Made by a program: the position numbers and the translations under genes. The notes beneath the pieces were generated by a model. The model was not told the DNA's origin. It did not search any database and was given only the letters and a program-made list of their open reading frames with translations. A stretch of DNA of 64,000 nucleotides from Cystobasidiomycetes sp. EMM_F5 (lineage: Eukaryota). Below, in pieces: positions 1 through 13,250 of this stretch (the stretch's first letter is position 1; the number at the start of each line of letters is the position of its first letter). Where the stretch lies: the NCBI GenBank assembly GCA_051047955.1, contig JBPGPT010000001.1, forward strand, positions 1,054,001 to 1,118,000. The letters run 5' to 3'.

Positions 1-421
1 AGGATAGTGCTGTACACCGGACGGAATAACAGAAGATAAAGGCTTGTTCATCGAGTCTAGCGACGCGAGTCCGGATCCGACCAGTGTCCATCCCGGCTGG
101 TTATAGAAAGTATCATTTGTCAGCCTGTCGTACTTTGTAAGCAGAGTGACAGTCTTGACAGACCTGATAGTGATGCGTCTGGGCGGGATCAATTATTGCA
201 ATGTCGTCTTTAGATGTAAGCCATTCTCTAGCGAGATTCGAGCGTTGAAGCTGAGCTGCAACCGTGACACCTGCTGTACCAGCTCCTACAATGACAACTT
301 TGTGATGCCGTTTATTGGAAGAGACTGTGGCATAGCCACGTTCTAGGCGAGCAACCAGAGGCTTGCCGAGACTCGGACTTGCAAAGCGTCTTGCTAGCAC
401 TGTGGCGGTCACAGAAGCCAT
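1..421 (-). CDS. Mitochondrial sulfide:quinone oxidoreductase (Hmt2/SQOR-like), 5' part; runs off the window start
   Basis: Arg/Ser-rich presequence, then Rossmann motif VVIVGAGTAG and IAIIDPAQTHHYQ. GT-AG intron 163..97 joins HHYQ to PGWTLVGSG, the SQR signature HYYQPxWTLVGxG. Confidence 0.9.
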
Positions 422-573
422 GTTTTGGACAGTGTTGACACCGGGTCGACCTCGGATGGATAGAAGCCCAGACTATGATAAATCCTAGATGGACGTCGTT
501 TTTCAAGCAGTGCAAGCTACTTTGGTGTATGTTTTCTGAGTTGCGAAAGCTGAGAAAGAAAAAAGCATCAAAC

Positions 574-606
574 GCCACAAGAAGGCGTGATGCGCAATCA
601 CGTGAC
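574..606. promoter_or_regulatory. Palindromic E-box TCACGTGA with adjacent TGTGGC (minus strand) upstream of SQR
   Basis: TCACGTGA at 598-605 and GCCACA at 574-579, about 150-185 bp upstream of the SQR ATG. Confidence 0.3.
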
Positions 607-2696
607 CAAAGAAGGGATGTTAACGCGTTCAGCGAAAGCGATGTGGAGATAATCACTTGGGCAGTATGCGCAGGGGGAGACCACTCAAAAGTATCAAGTG
701 GAAGTCCTGACATCTGCGACAGTCTGGAACGTTGTTGAGTACCTGCAACTTCGGGTACAGAGGAGATGCGCTTCGAGAATGGTGGTCGTGACCTTCAGTA
801 CCGGACCGAACTTCTATTTACATCCCTGTTACTTGGTGCGTGTTGATTTGTGCTTTATCGCCAGGCCGAAGAATGACCATGGTGTGAGCGCAAAACAGCG
901 TCATCGTACAGCTATAACATCGTTAACTAGCAAATAGCCTGTGTGCCGGACATCAGCCGCCAACCTTGACATGCGCATAAACACGCACTGTTGCATCTAG
1001 CACCCTCTCTTGCGATATTTCGGATGATAGCGAAACGAAGGCACGCGCGTAATAGTCGCGTCAATGCTTTCCAAGGTGTCTCATGCTTGCGCAGACCCTT
1101 GATCTGTCGGACTTGCAGAGCGTCCTGATCTACATATGCTTGGACAAGCGTGCACATATCGCCATGTACAACCTTGTCATCACCAGGCGCAGATTGGTGT
1201 GAAGTCTCAGCGATCTACGCATTCCAGCTCAATGAGCATAAAAGAAAAGACGCCTGCTGCAGTATTGACGACACACTGCTTTGCGGAGGTCAGAAGGTAG
1301 GCTTCAGATGCAGTACTGGATCGCGCTTGGATAATGTTCGCGTTGCGGTCCTCAGTGTTGCTCGTTGATACAATGCCGAAGCCATTCGCATTTGATTCGA
1401 TGTGCTTGACGTTGTTCAAACGCACGCGTCGTTGATGGGCGTAATGATATGTATTGTTATATGGATATTCACAATGGCTCGTTGAGAAAGAGGGTTTTTG
1501 GTAAAACTTGATTCAAGGCAGTCTCTTCCAAGACAGGATGTTTGCGCGTACTCCATCACAGAATCATGGTCAGAGATGATTCTTGACGGTATGCGTAGAC
1601 ACTAGTTGCATTTGCGCTGACGTTGACCGGTCAGTAGCCACCCAGCAGTGTCTTGGCTGACGCAGGGTATATACGGCTTTCTAGACGAGGACCGTAGGAA
1701 ATGCTCTATAACGTAGCAAAGAAGGTGAATATCACTTGCGTCATGCGTCAGAGAGAATGGACGTCGTCGAGATCGACTTGATGGTACCCGATTCGCCGAT
1801 TCGGACGGCGGCACGAGGATGCCAGTCCACCCGGGTGAGGCACCGCAAACGAGAAGGGTCTCGATCATGTTCGGGTCAGCAAAGATAGTCAGTTGTGTTG
1901 CGTTATGTGTGCAGAAGAGATACCGCAAGACGCTGCGGCTTGTAGCTGCGTTGTCTGAGTTATCAGTGTGGCGTACCCAAAAGAGGTCGCACCTCAACGA
2001 CAGGTCCGCACGTCGGATGGCGAAAAGGAAAAAGTTTGGACTGCGTTAGTTTGATATTTGCGGATGCTCGTACGTGTACTGCGGAGTGTTAGCGTGTTGT
2101 TGTATACGGCGCTCAGAAACGGGCGCTTTCTGGCGTGGGCTTTGGTGGGCGAGGGTTGAGCAGAGGGCATTTCAGGCAGGGTCAGTCTGGACGAGCGACA
2201 CCGACTGGCTACGCGGAGCCGTCAGCTGGCTACTGGGCGCAACACACGAGTCCTGCACTACACAGCAGCCCGCGCCGCACCTCTCGACGCCCAAGTCGCC
2301 GTTTTGGCACCCAAACTCGGCAGTTTCCAGGGCTTGAAAGGGCAAGTCTGAAAGGCAACGAGTGAGCGGTCTTGACGCGGTCGTGGCAGCGGATCCAGCA
2401 TCAGCAAGGCCAATGACTTGCAGGAGTATCGCAGGCTGCATCTGCTGACATTAGTATCCCCCCGCCAGGTTTCTCGAATCAATCCGTGCCAAAGCGACTC
2501 CAAGGCACGTCCAAACTGGTGTCAACATTCAAGATTCCGAGCACTGCATAGTCGGAACTCGCGGTGCTAACACACCTTCCCTTGACCGCAGCCTGCGCGT
2601 ACTTTTTGCACGGCCAGCCCGAGCCAGCTCGCTGGGCAATCTCGAAAACAGCCAGCAACCCAGAGTCAACAACATACAAGTCACCGCGCATGCAGC

Positions 2697-5600
2697 ATGG
2701 CCGACACAAACAACGCCACTCCAGCCGGCGCAACGGTGCAAGAGTCGCAAGAGTCCATATTTGCTCGCAACAGAGCAATCTACGAAGCTTCGCTGCAGCA
2801 AAATCAGCAAACCACCGGCTCCGCTTCAAACGGCAGCAACGGCAGCTCGGCAACTCCAGGGTTTGCTTTCGAGAAGCAAGCACGTCCGAGGTCCCAAGAT
2901 GGCACACCTGCTCCTGCTACTGCTAATGAATCATCACGGGAAGATGGGCAGGAACCCGCTCGCAAAAAGCTGATTCGAGCTGGCGATCTGTCTTCTGCCG
3001 CCGCACACTCAGATGGATCTTTTACCGGTTCCCCTGCCGTTCCCGGTAGTGCAGGCCTGTCGGCTTCGAACGGCGAGAGCATGCGTGACAAGATTGCCAG
3101 GGCTCGTGTTCCTCCGGCAGTTCAGACTCCCCCACTCACCTCGAATCCATTTGTTGCGCAGCCGCAATACGCTCCGCCCGTCAGCGCGAGCCCGGTAAAC
3201 AATGCAAATGGACAGAGTCAGGGCAGTAGCCAGCTTGAACACGTCGTCGAAGTCAACGCACAGGCTTTCGTCACAAAGAATCCTAGCGCCAACATCAACA
3301 TTGTAAAACAGGCTCTTCGACACTCTCGAGGCGTATTTGATCAGAACTTCCAGACGGCCATGCAGCTGTTGCAGAGTAGCACTGGGGCGGCTGCATCGAC
3401 ACCGCCTGCCTCGGGCGCACAGCAGTCATACGCTCAAGCAGTACCGGGCCAGGCAAACTCTGGTCAAATAAGTCCCGTCAGCCAAATGGTCCTTCCTGGT
3501 CAGCTCCAAGCACCACGTTATCCGGGACAAACCCCGGCACCTCAGGGTCATTTCCCAGGTCATGCTCCAGGTCAACCTCAACTTGCCCAAAGCTTCGCTC
3601 CTCAGCCAACATATCCTCATCAAATGCCACGTCCAGCTCAGTCAATATCGCCTGCCATGAATCCATCGGCGACCATGCAGCAGATTAATGGACAATCTGC
3701 ACAAGCGCTAGCGGGCCAGACCCCGCCACAGCAACGGTCCCCTCAGTCACAGAAGGCGCAGCCACAGCAGCAAATGGCTCCTCCTCCTATGCCTCCTCCC
3801 ATTCAACCTGGTACTCACCCTAGTATTGGCTTCAGCGCATTACAAGTTCTTCCAGAAAGCCAGCGTACACAGTTCCTGCAGCTCTCGCATGAGCAGCAGA
3901 TAGGCTACTCAATGTCAGTCTTCAACTCACTGCAAGAATCGCAGCGTCAGGAGTTCACTGCACAGGCACAAAGCAATCAAAGGGCTCGTGAAGTCTATCA
4001 TGCTTGGCAGCAACAAAACGCAAGTCAGGCGGGAGGACGCGCAAATCAAGCCGTCAACCCATACCTTGGCTATGCCAGCCAGCTGCCTACGCAGCAGCAG
4101 CAGATGCAGCAACAACGCTTTCCCGGTCAGAATCCCGTGTTTCGTGTCGGTGCGCCAGCACAAGCCGCTCGAACGCAGCAGACTCAAAATGGCGTTCCTC
4201 AAGCTGCACCTCAAGTTTCTGGCACGGTGATGAATCAGCAGCAACTACACTTTTTGCAGTCGCAGCAGCATCTTCTGCTTTCACAAATGCTGCCGGCGCA
4301 ACGTAACCAGTTTCATGCCCTGCCGGTCGAGCAGCAGCAAGCGTGGGTATGGCAGCAGGTGCAAATGCGCAACGAGGCGACAAGAAGACAGCAAACTCAA
4401 CTGGCCCGTGTTAAGCAGCAACAATTGATGGCTCAATCGGCTCAGAATGCCAAGCAGACAAAGGCTACGTCCGCTGCCCCCAAGAAGAGCAGAAAGCGAA
4501 ATCGGTACGGCTCTGAGTCTGAAGATGACGATCAACACTTTACAGACGAGAGTGAGGACGACGAGGACGGTGATGATGTCGTCGAGGGCTCCGAAGACGA
4601 AGCAGAGCGGGAAGCTGTAGCGATAACGTGGTTCAATACTACCAGTATTGACGAGCTGAGAGAGATGACCGGTATGTGGGATTGAATAGATCTGCATGAT
4701 CGCCTGGCTGAGCCCGTTGCCCATCTTAGGCTGTTCACAAGAGGTAGCCGAAGCAGTCATCGAGATGCGACCATACGCCGGGCCCGGCGATATTCGAACT
4801 AAATTAAGAAAGAGGAAGGGCGTCTCTGGTAATCTATTTGACAATTATGTAGAATTAATGCTGGTGCGTATGATCGTTCGGAGTGTACGCACATTTGGCT
4901 AACGTAGACATGTTTACAGAGCTATAACGAAACCGACGTGTGCCTGAAGGAGTGCACAGATATCGGCCAAGACTTGCTAGAAACTATGAATATTTGGACA
5001 GGGGGCCGGAAGATCCTGCCAACCGAGTCCATGCGACCATCAGCGGAACCGGAGGAATCCGCCGTAAAGAACGAAAACGATGGCGCGGACGTCAAGCCTT
5101 CAGGGGACCTCCTTGCTGTGCCATCGAATGCTGCATCTCGTGCAGCAAGCCCTTCCCTGAAGTCTGAAAGCATGACCAACGTTGGCGCAAACCTTATAGA
5201 GCTCTCCGCAGACATTCTTCAACAGAGTACGGCACAGGACGCTAGCGAGGACGTCAAACGAGCTTTCAAGGGTTACCTCTACGAGCAACCGGCTCTCTTG
5301 AAGGAAGGAGTTAAGCTGAAGAATTATCAAATGCTTGGCGTAAATTGGCTCAACCTACTCTACACGCGGAGCATCTCATGTATATTGGCAGATGAAATGG
5401 GCAAGTATCCTTTCATTGACATTGAACCGCAGGCTGATGCGTTTTGGGGTGGCGTACAGGTCTTGGTAAAACAATTCAGGTCATCGCGTTCATTGCTCAC
5501 TTGAAAGAAACCGGTGCTCCCGGTCCACACCTTGTTATCGTTCCGTCATCGACGCTGGATAATTGGATGCGCGAATTTGACAGATTCGCGCCCAGCATCT

Positions 5601-7476
5601 CCGTATATGCATACTATGGAAATCAGGCTGAGCGTGCAGACGCTCGATACTTCCTGAAGCAACAGAAAGACTTGGACGTGATTGTAACAACATACAACAT
5701 GGCGACCGGCATTACAGATGACAAGAAGTTCCTGAAGAAAATGGAATTCAAGGCCTGCGTCTTTGATGAAGGTCATCAGCTGAAGAACGCGGAAAGCAAG
5801 AAGTACAAGGATCTGATGGAAATTAAGGTGAAGTGGCGCCTGCTGCTCACTGGAACGCCACTACAAAACAACTTGCAGGAGCTCGTGGTAGGCTCAATTT
5901 TAGACACTCGGATGTCTGTGCCATGCTGATGCGAATGATGCTCGATCAGTCTCTACTGAGTTTCATGCTACCGAAAGTGTTTTCAGAGGCTCAAGAAAGC
6001 TTGCGAGCCATCTTCAAGATTCCACCGAATGCGCACAAGAACCTGCTTACGCGTCAACGCATAAGCGCAGCCAAGGGCGTAATGGCACCCTTCGTATTGC
6101 GCCGAAAGAAGGCTCAAGTCTTGCAAGATTTGCCCCCAAAGACGGAAATCATAGAGTACTGCGAAATGACTGTCAGGCAAAGAGACATTTACAGAGACAC
6201 CATCGAGAAGCACAAGAAGCAAGTGATCGAATACAATCCTAGCGGAGAGAATACACCGGCAGAAAAGCCGGTCAAGAAGAAGGGTCGGCAAGCAAAGACT
6301 GCCAAAGGCATGCAAGAAGATACGACCAGCAATATTTTGATGCGTCTCCGTAAAGCAGCCAACCATCCAATGCTCTTTAGGAAGATATACGATGACAAGA
6401 AGATTAAGCAGATTGCCAAAGACTGTCTCAAGGAGGAGGAGTTTGCTGATCGGAATGTGGACTATATGTATGTATCGTACTGTCACAGTGACCGCTTGAC
6501 GGTGACTGAGCCTCGAAAGACAGTGTCGAAGACCTGGATTTGATGACTGATTTCGAAATTCATCGATTTGTGACGCCTTACAAGCTTCTTGGCAAGCATG
6601 CTCTCAAAAAGAACGAATGGATGGAGTCTGGCAAGATCAAGAAATTGCAAGAGATGATGCCTAAATTCAAAGAGCAAGGGGACCGTGTTTTGATCTTTAG
6701 CCAATTTGTCTCTGTGCTGGAAATCATGGGACAGGTTCTGCAGACTATGGACATCAAGTACCTTACCTTGACTGGACAAACCAATGTCAATGACCGGCAA
6801 GGGCTGGTAGACGAGTACACCGAAGACAAGGACATCATGGTGTTCTTGCTGTCAACACGTGCTGGTGGTCTCGGCCTCAACCTGGCAGCTGCCAATGTTG
6901 TCGTTATCCTAGATCTCGACTTCAATCCGCGTATGTCATTATTTTCAGCATGCACGAAGCATACACGAGAAGTACTAAGATGTACCTACAGATAATGACA
7001 AACAAGCTGCAGACAGAGCTTATCGGATGGGACAAACGAAACCAGTTACCATATGTAAGGACTGCTGATGTATTGTGTCATCAGCCTAGCTAACAAGTTT
7101 GACAGACCGTTTCATCACCAAAGGATCAATCGAAGAAGACATTCTGTCTTTGGCTGAAACCAAGCTTGCCCTAGACGAGCAAGTTGCCGGAGAATCAGCT
7201 ATTTCGGGCGAACAGGCAGAGAAGCTCGAGATCGAGGAGGGAGATGAGGGTATCGTGGAGAAGAAGGTGAAGGCATCGCTGTACGTACCGTGTATGTCCT
7301 ACCGGCAGAATGGTCGTCTAATCCTTATTCCTCTCAGTATGACCACCTTACAGAAGCGTTTCCAAGGCGACGATCAGACCTACCTACAAGACCAGACAAA
7401 CGACACCGAGCCCAAAGTCGAGGTTACGGACGCCGATGCCGATGTCGAGGTGGATGCGGAAGCTTCGCAGGAATGA
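2697..7476 (+). CDS. FUN30: SNF2-family chromatin remodeler, Fun30/Fft/SMARCAD1 subfamily (multi-exon)
   Basis: LKNYQMLGVNWL, ILADEMG|LGKT, HLVIVPSSTLDNW, DEGHQLKN, LLLTGTPLQNNL, LRKAANHP, RVLIFSQF, FLLSTRAGGLGLNL, DKQAADRAYRMGQ. Long Q/P-rich N-terminus. Confidence 0.92.
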
Positions 7477-8544
7477 GACCGGTGACTTGCTGATCGTGAG
7501 AGGTGTAAGTAGTAATGAGGTAGATGGGCGTATCGGCAGTATAGTGCAGGAACATCTTGTTGTATGTGAAGAAGGCCTTGGTTGGGTTAACAGCAGCAGG
7601 TCTAGCTGTCCGACTTGCCTTATTCCCCACTCATGTCAAGGCGGAAGACTGGTTCAGCGCTCTTCTGGGGGGCTGCTGGTGCGTTATTATCCGAGACTGA
7701 AGAGAAGCCGCGTACGTAAAGCTGATGCGACCTGGCCACTCGCAGTCATCGTCCTCGGCTATGGAATCATGAAAGGTCCGTTCAATCCTGGCAGAGGTTC
7801 ACCTTGGAAGCTGAGGCTCAGTCCATTATAGCTGCAACACCGACTGACGAGCAATTCTACAAGGTATGATTGTGCTTGTACTTGTTACGATTCCGCTAGG
7901 CAGTGCTAATCTTTATGGTGTCAAACACTGCAGGCTCTGTCTCCCGAACTCCGCGTGAGTCGATAACAGCCCAAAAGCTACTGGCAGAGCAAGCTGGTGA
8001 CTCTATACCAAGTCCCGCGTCGAATCTGAAATGAATGATCCTTCTTTTGCTGCCCCATCTGGCTTGTATGCGGAACATGTGGCGACCACGGCGATGCAGC
8101 GTAAAGTAGACGAGCACCGGAATCAGCAAGCCCGACAGGATCAATACGATAGAATCAGAGTGCGCAGATGTCTAGCCTCCGCGATTCGCTATGGCTGAGT
8201 GATGTTGCGCAGGCATCAGCCGATGCTGGGGAGCCCGTATTTCAAGATTCTTTGACTGGCAAGACAGTCCGACCGAGCGAGAGACGCACTTCATGAGCTT
8301 TCGACGCTCAGAATTCAGTCTCCGTCCGTGGGCCAACAGGCGGATGTTTGTGTACAACCTACGGCCAGCATTGCTTTCCGACAAGCGGACTGTTCGCACG
8401 GCTTAAGATATGCTGGCGTCTGTAGTGACATTGTCTGCACAGGATTCTGCGGCACCTGGCATTTTAGCACGATATTCACAAAACAGCAATCTCATCTACG
8501 AAGGGGGTTTCAGATCAGCATTAATTTCCTGCCATTACTACGTG

Positions 8545-9704
8545 CTATAGCCAATCTCGGTGTCGCGATGTTGCCTTGTCAAACTTCTCCTTTTGCTCCC
8601 GGAGTTTCTGTGCTCCTTTGGCACGAGCCTGTACAGGTATCGGATTTCGTGCAATATTGATGCCCCACTTTTGCAGTTGACTGCCAGACAAATGTCATTG
8701 TTTAACAATCGAAATAATCTGGCATGCCAAAGCGTCATATGTACTCACCGGACGATTGCCGGGGTCGCAGCCGCAGTAGCGCCTAACCTGAACGGTAATA
8801 ACGCCGTCTTGTGGATGCCATACGCGAGGACGGCCATCGCCCACAGTCCGCCATTACCGCCACGTTTAGCTTCGTGCGCTTGCTCCAGATGGCTCTGTTT
8901 CTTCTTTTCCCTCCAGTCTCGAAGGAATCCCAATACGCCATTTCCTTCGTGCCGCCGTTTCTCTTCCTCCAGGTCATCGGTCGGTGGCCCGTGTATTTGC
9001 CTACCGTATATGAGTGTATCCAAGACATAGTCCTCTCCGCGCTGTACGTATTCTGCTCCGATGAGATTAATCGCAAAGAAGACCAATCCAAAATCGACAA
9101 AGCTGAAGAAGATATAGACGGCGACTGCCGCCCAACCATATTTGCGCATGAGCGTTTTCAATCGGCCCGTAAGCGATTTGTCGTCGTCTCTTGGATCGTG
9201 AGCAGCCGTCTCTGCCTCACTCGCATCTTGTTCCGACTCGATTGGACGTGGTGGTATCGGTAATTTCTGCTCTCCAGGCGACGTTACAGCCAGTCTGGCA
9301 GAGGTTGAGAATGCGCTTCGCAAAGCTAGCGCTGTCCAGACAGCGGGCAGGCGGTGCGATCCAGGTTGTCTGTTGGAATGGGATAGATATTGTTGTAGGT
9401 CCGAGCGAATAGATGAGGGGAGAGGTTGATGCGACGCGATAAATGGAAGCGCGTGGGAGTTGTGCCTTGTTCGCACTCGAAGAGCACTTGTATGCAAGCT
9501 TCTCCGGGAATTAGTGGCCTTCACAGCTACTGGACTGTCTGGCCGAGGCAGAGCGTCATCGCGTCGGGCGAGCAGTTTTTGGCGAATGTTGAGGGAAGAA
9601 CTGCTCGCAAGACGTGCATGTGGGATTTTTGATGGGACTGTGTGCCTCTTGGCCGCTCTGACTGAGCCTGCAAGTCTTCCCAGGATCGCGTTTGATGAAG
9701 ACAT
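8545..9704 (-). CDS. DUF1279/FAM210-family mitochondrial membrane protein (yeast Nat2-like)
   Basis: RLKTLMRKYGWAAVAVYIFFSFVDF and AVLAYGIHKTALLPFRLGATAAATPAIVR. An intron after 8749 leads to a final exon QLQKWG...RDWL*. Presequence-like N-terminus. Confidence 0.85.
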
Positions 9705-9952
9705 GGTTTTATGGGCAGCGGTCAGACTGGAACTGCGGACGCTGAGCCTGGCGCATGTGCCGGCTCAGATCAAGAGCTCGTGTTGTCTTCCAGACCGTCG
9801 CAGTAATTCAGTTTCATCGAATTGGCAAGAGCCAAATAATGTCCGAAGTACAGCTCGGGCGATGCTGTTTCGTATTCAAACCAATTCCTCGCCAGACTTG
9901 CGCAAACTGATATTCACTTATTGGACCCTCCTTCCATGCATCCATCTCAGCA

Positions 9953-12807
9953 ATGTCAGACCCCAACGCGTTTACGGCTCATCACTTTGCCTTGTTACAC
10001 CTGCTAGGACTGCTGTCAATATCCCGTACTATCGAAGGAGAAAAGGCTCGCGAGGCTCGTGGAACATCTGATCCATACGTAAACTTGTCCGAAGGGGATG
10101 TGCCGCTCCCCATCCCCGAATTGCTGATGCTCAACGCGCTGTGCTATCTGACTGAACAAATACATCAGGTGAGGTACACAACTGGGAGAACGTATCTCAT
10201 TGCTGATACATTGTACACAGGTTTCCCAGCCGCCTGCGACTCTGCAAGTTTTTCTGCAGCAAGTATCGCAATTGGCGTATGAAGTGAAGCCTGTGCGAGG
10301 GGTCGATGCTATTCGTAGCTATACACTGCCTTCTTCCCACACTCACTCCGTCGGCCTGGCAAATTCAAGGTCTCCTGCTTCGCGCTCCGCAGCAAAATCC
10401 CCTCGACGAGGCGGAGCAGGACCATCGACGTCTCCAAGCCAAAGACGGTCGAGCCGACTGGCAGCAAATCCGGTAAAAGCTGGAAAGTCAGAGCAGCATG
10501 AAAGCGTCATAGAAGTAGACTTTGCGCGCACTCTTGCTGAGAGGCTGCGAGATGCAGTGACTACCGATGCGGCTAAGGTGGTTGCCGTAGGTTTCGGTGC
10601 GGTCCTCGATAGTATTTCAGAATTTCCTTATCTACTAGGCGAGGTTGAGGACGTGAGTACGTGTATCTGTCGCAGGGGTATGGCTCATGCTGCTCTCAAC
10701 GCACTGTCCCGCAGCCGAACAGCCACTCATTTCTGGACCGCAGTTCTCCGCTCGGAGTTTGGGTACGGCGACGTTTGCTGGATATCAAGAAATTGTCTTT
10801 CGCAGAAGCGCATACTTTCGTAGACTCGTTCGTAAAGTACGCTGGACTCGACGTGGATCAGCCAGGACGGGTTACAAACGCAGTAATACCTGTACAACCG
10901 CAAACCGATCATTTTCTGGCTCATGTCTCTGCGTCTCGGAGGTCTGACTACCCTGCAACATGCTCACATCTTCTTCAATTCTTCGACCATCATGCACCCT
11001 TGAAGACTCAAAGTAAGGATCGGCAAAGAGGCGTCCGACAGCACGGCCTCCTAAACCTTGCTTCCTTTCATTTAAGTCATGGAGAATACTCCGCTGCTCG
11101 CCTCGCAGCAGACGAAGGCTTCCGTATCGCACGCCAAGCAGGCGATTTGACGGCTGTCAACGCTCTCACTAGCGTACTCAAACGAATCTCAATGGAATCT
11201 AGAAGTGGGGACAACACGCGCGACCTTGTTAACCTCGCTGCCGACGATGCGGCCATGGACATTACCGATACATATAATAGCCTGAGGGATGACCCTGGTG
11301 GCCATGTGCCCCCCTTAGACCACCTTCTGGATGTCAGATCTGGAATAGCTGGAAGGGTAGTCTTACCCGCCCTGACAGGCAATCTCCTTCGCGCTAAAGC
11401 ACTAAATTACGCTTCATTGACACATCGTCGGCACCTTTCGGCCAAAGAGCGCCGCAAAGAACGCAAACTGGCTGAAGCGCAAGGCCGGGAAGTCAATACA
11501 ACGTTGGATGCCCATCAGAGAAAGATCAAATGGAACCGCCTTGACGCGATGGCGTACACCGCAACTGCTGCCGATTTGTGGTTGAGGATGGGGGTAAGCA
11601 GTCTAGCTCGCCTATATACCGATATGGGGACTGTTATGCGGGGCGACACGCGAGATGAGGTACATGGCTCGGATTTGGACAAACACGGAACCGAGGCTGT
11701 GATTCTACTATGCCAAAGGGCAAATGATGTCGGTGCTCAGATTCTGCTGAGATATGCTTAGTGCTGACGCGATGTGCACACTTTTAGCTCGCCCACCGCG
11801 GAGCATACGATACTGCACTATGTGTCTTATTATCGCATGCGTTCGCCTGGGTCAATGAGATGAGCGTGCAGGATGTGCAGAATTGGCAAACAGCATTGAA
11901 CAGCGTTTTGCATGTGCAAGCGACCCGCAAGTACGCTCGAATCGGCTACGGGTCAGTCTATTTCTCTGACGATGCTTTTGATCATCAGGGGTTATGAGCG
12001 GGTATTGCGGCACATCAACTTGACATACACTCCATCTGCGCCAGCAACAGCGTTCTCAAGGTATACAAAACAACCTGTAAATTCGATTAGCCCATCGCGC
12101 TTGGCCGGTCCAGACTTTCACTCACCCGAGGATGTCGGCTTCATTAGCGATATCGAAACTTTGCTCAAGCGCGCTGCAGAACTTTTAGTAAGAGAGCTCG
12201 CTGTACCACACGCACCAATGCTGATTTCTGTTCGTTGTAGGAGTGCAATCAGCCTGCGCTGGCACTCCCTCTGGTCGTTCGAGCTTGCGATTTGTCAGAC
12301 CACTGTCATGGACAAATATTACTCGATTGGCATCGTCGGGCTCGCATAACCCTGACCCGGACTTTATGTGATCACGATATGCCCGACAAAGCATGGTGTA
12401 GTCTGGAAGAAGTTTGGGCGGATATTCTGGGAACTGGCGATGCAGAGCTGATTGCAGACGCACAGCTGGTGCGCGTGAAATGCCAAGATGCTCTGACCGG
12501 CCTGCACGACCCACCAACGATCACCGAAGGCGGAAATGACATCAAGGCAATGCTCTCTGCTGCATGCGAGACATACAGCCGCTTGTCTTGCAACGCGTCG
12601 AATCTGCGTGGTTTGCAGGCTCTAGCGGAAATACTGGACAGGCAAGGCGATGTCGTACATCGCGACGAAGTGGCAGCATCGTGGAGGTCTGTTATACGTG
12701 AGGTCTCCAGCGGGGGCCAGAAGGAATTAGAGATGCTCGACCGCGTATATTCTTTACAACAGCTTGTCGCTGTAGTCAGTGCTAGGAGTGCAACAGGCTA
12801 TCGGTAG
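9953..12807 (+). CDS. APC5: Anaphase-promoting complex subunit 5 (multi-exon)
   Basis: FLDRSSPLGVWVRRRLLDIKKLSF and QHGLLNLASFHLSHGEYSAARLAADEGFRIARQAGD match the ANAPC5 TPR-like domain. Confidence 0.78.
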
Positions 12808-13250
12808 TGGTCGTTTCGTTTTTCACATAACAAACAAAACGAAGTAAAGAGTGCACAGCTTCTGCGGAGATTAGGACCAGTCCTGTCGCGTCTATCGCGT
12901 AAAGTGACCGCGGTGAGGTGGCGAAAGCACCGAGCACGTGCAAAGTGCTCCGCTATCAACGTGCGTGCATCCGGCTTCCCGAAGATAGCTAGCCGCAAGG
13001 CTCGCATGTGCAACAGCTGGTACACCAATCAGAACAGTCCCTTGACCGCCAAATGAAGTAATTCGAACATGGGCAGTCGCAATCTCGCCCGAATAGAAGA
13101 AGTTGCAAAGCGTAAACAGTCAATAATCCTGCAAAGCGGGAAGATACCGGACTCCAGAAACCTCGCAGTCCAGAGCTTCCTTCCAGCCTTCCGACCCACC
13201 CACTGCGGCTTTATACTGCTGATACTGTCCTCAATACATCGAAAAGCAAC

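Noticed and set aside
7480..8540. Possible gene between FUN30 and the DUF1279 gene
   Set aside because: Short ORFs with no recognisable motifs or consistent splice model; decayed sequence cannot be excluded.
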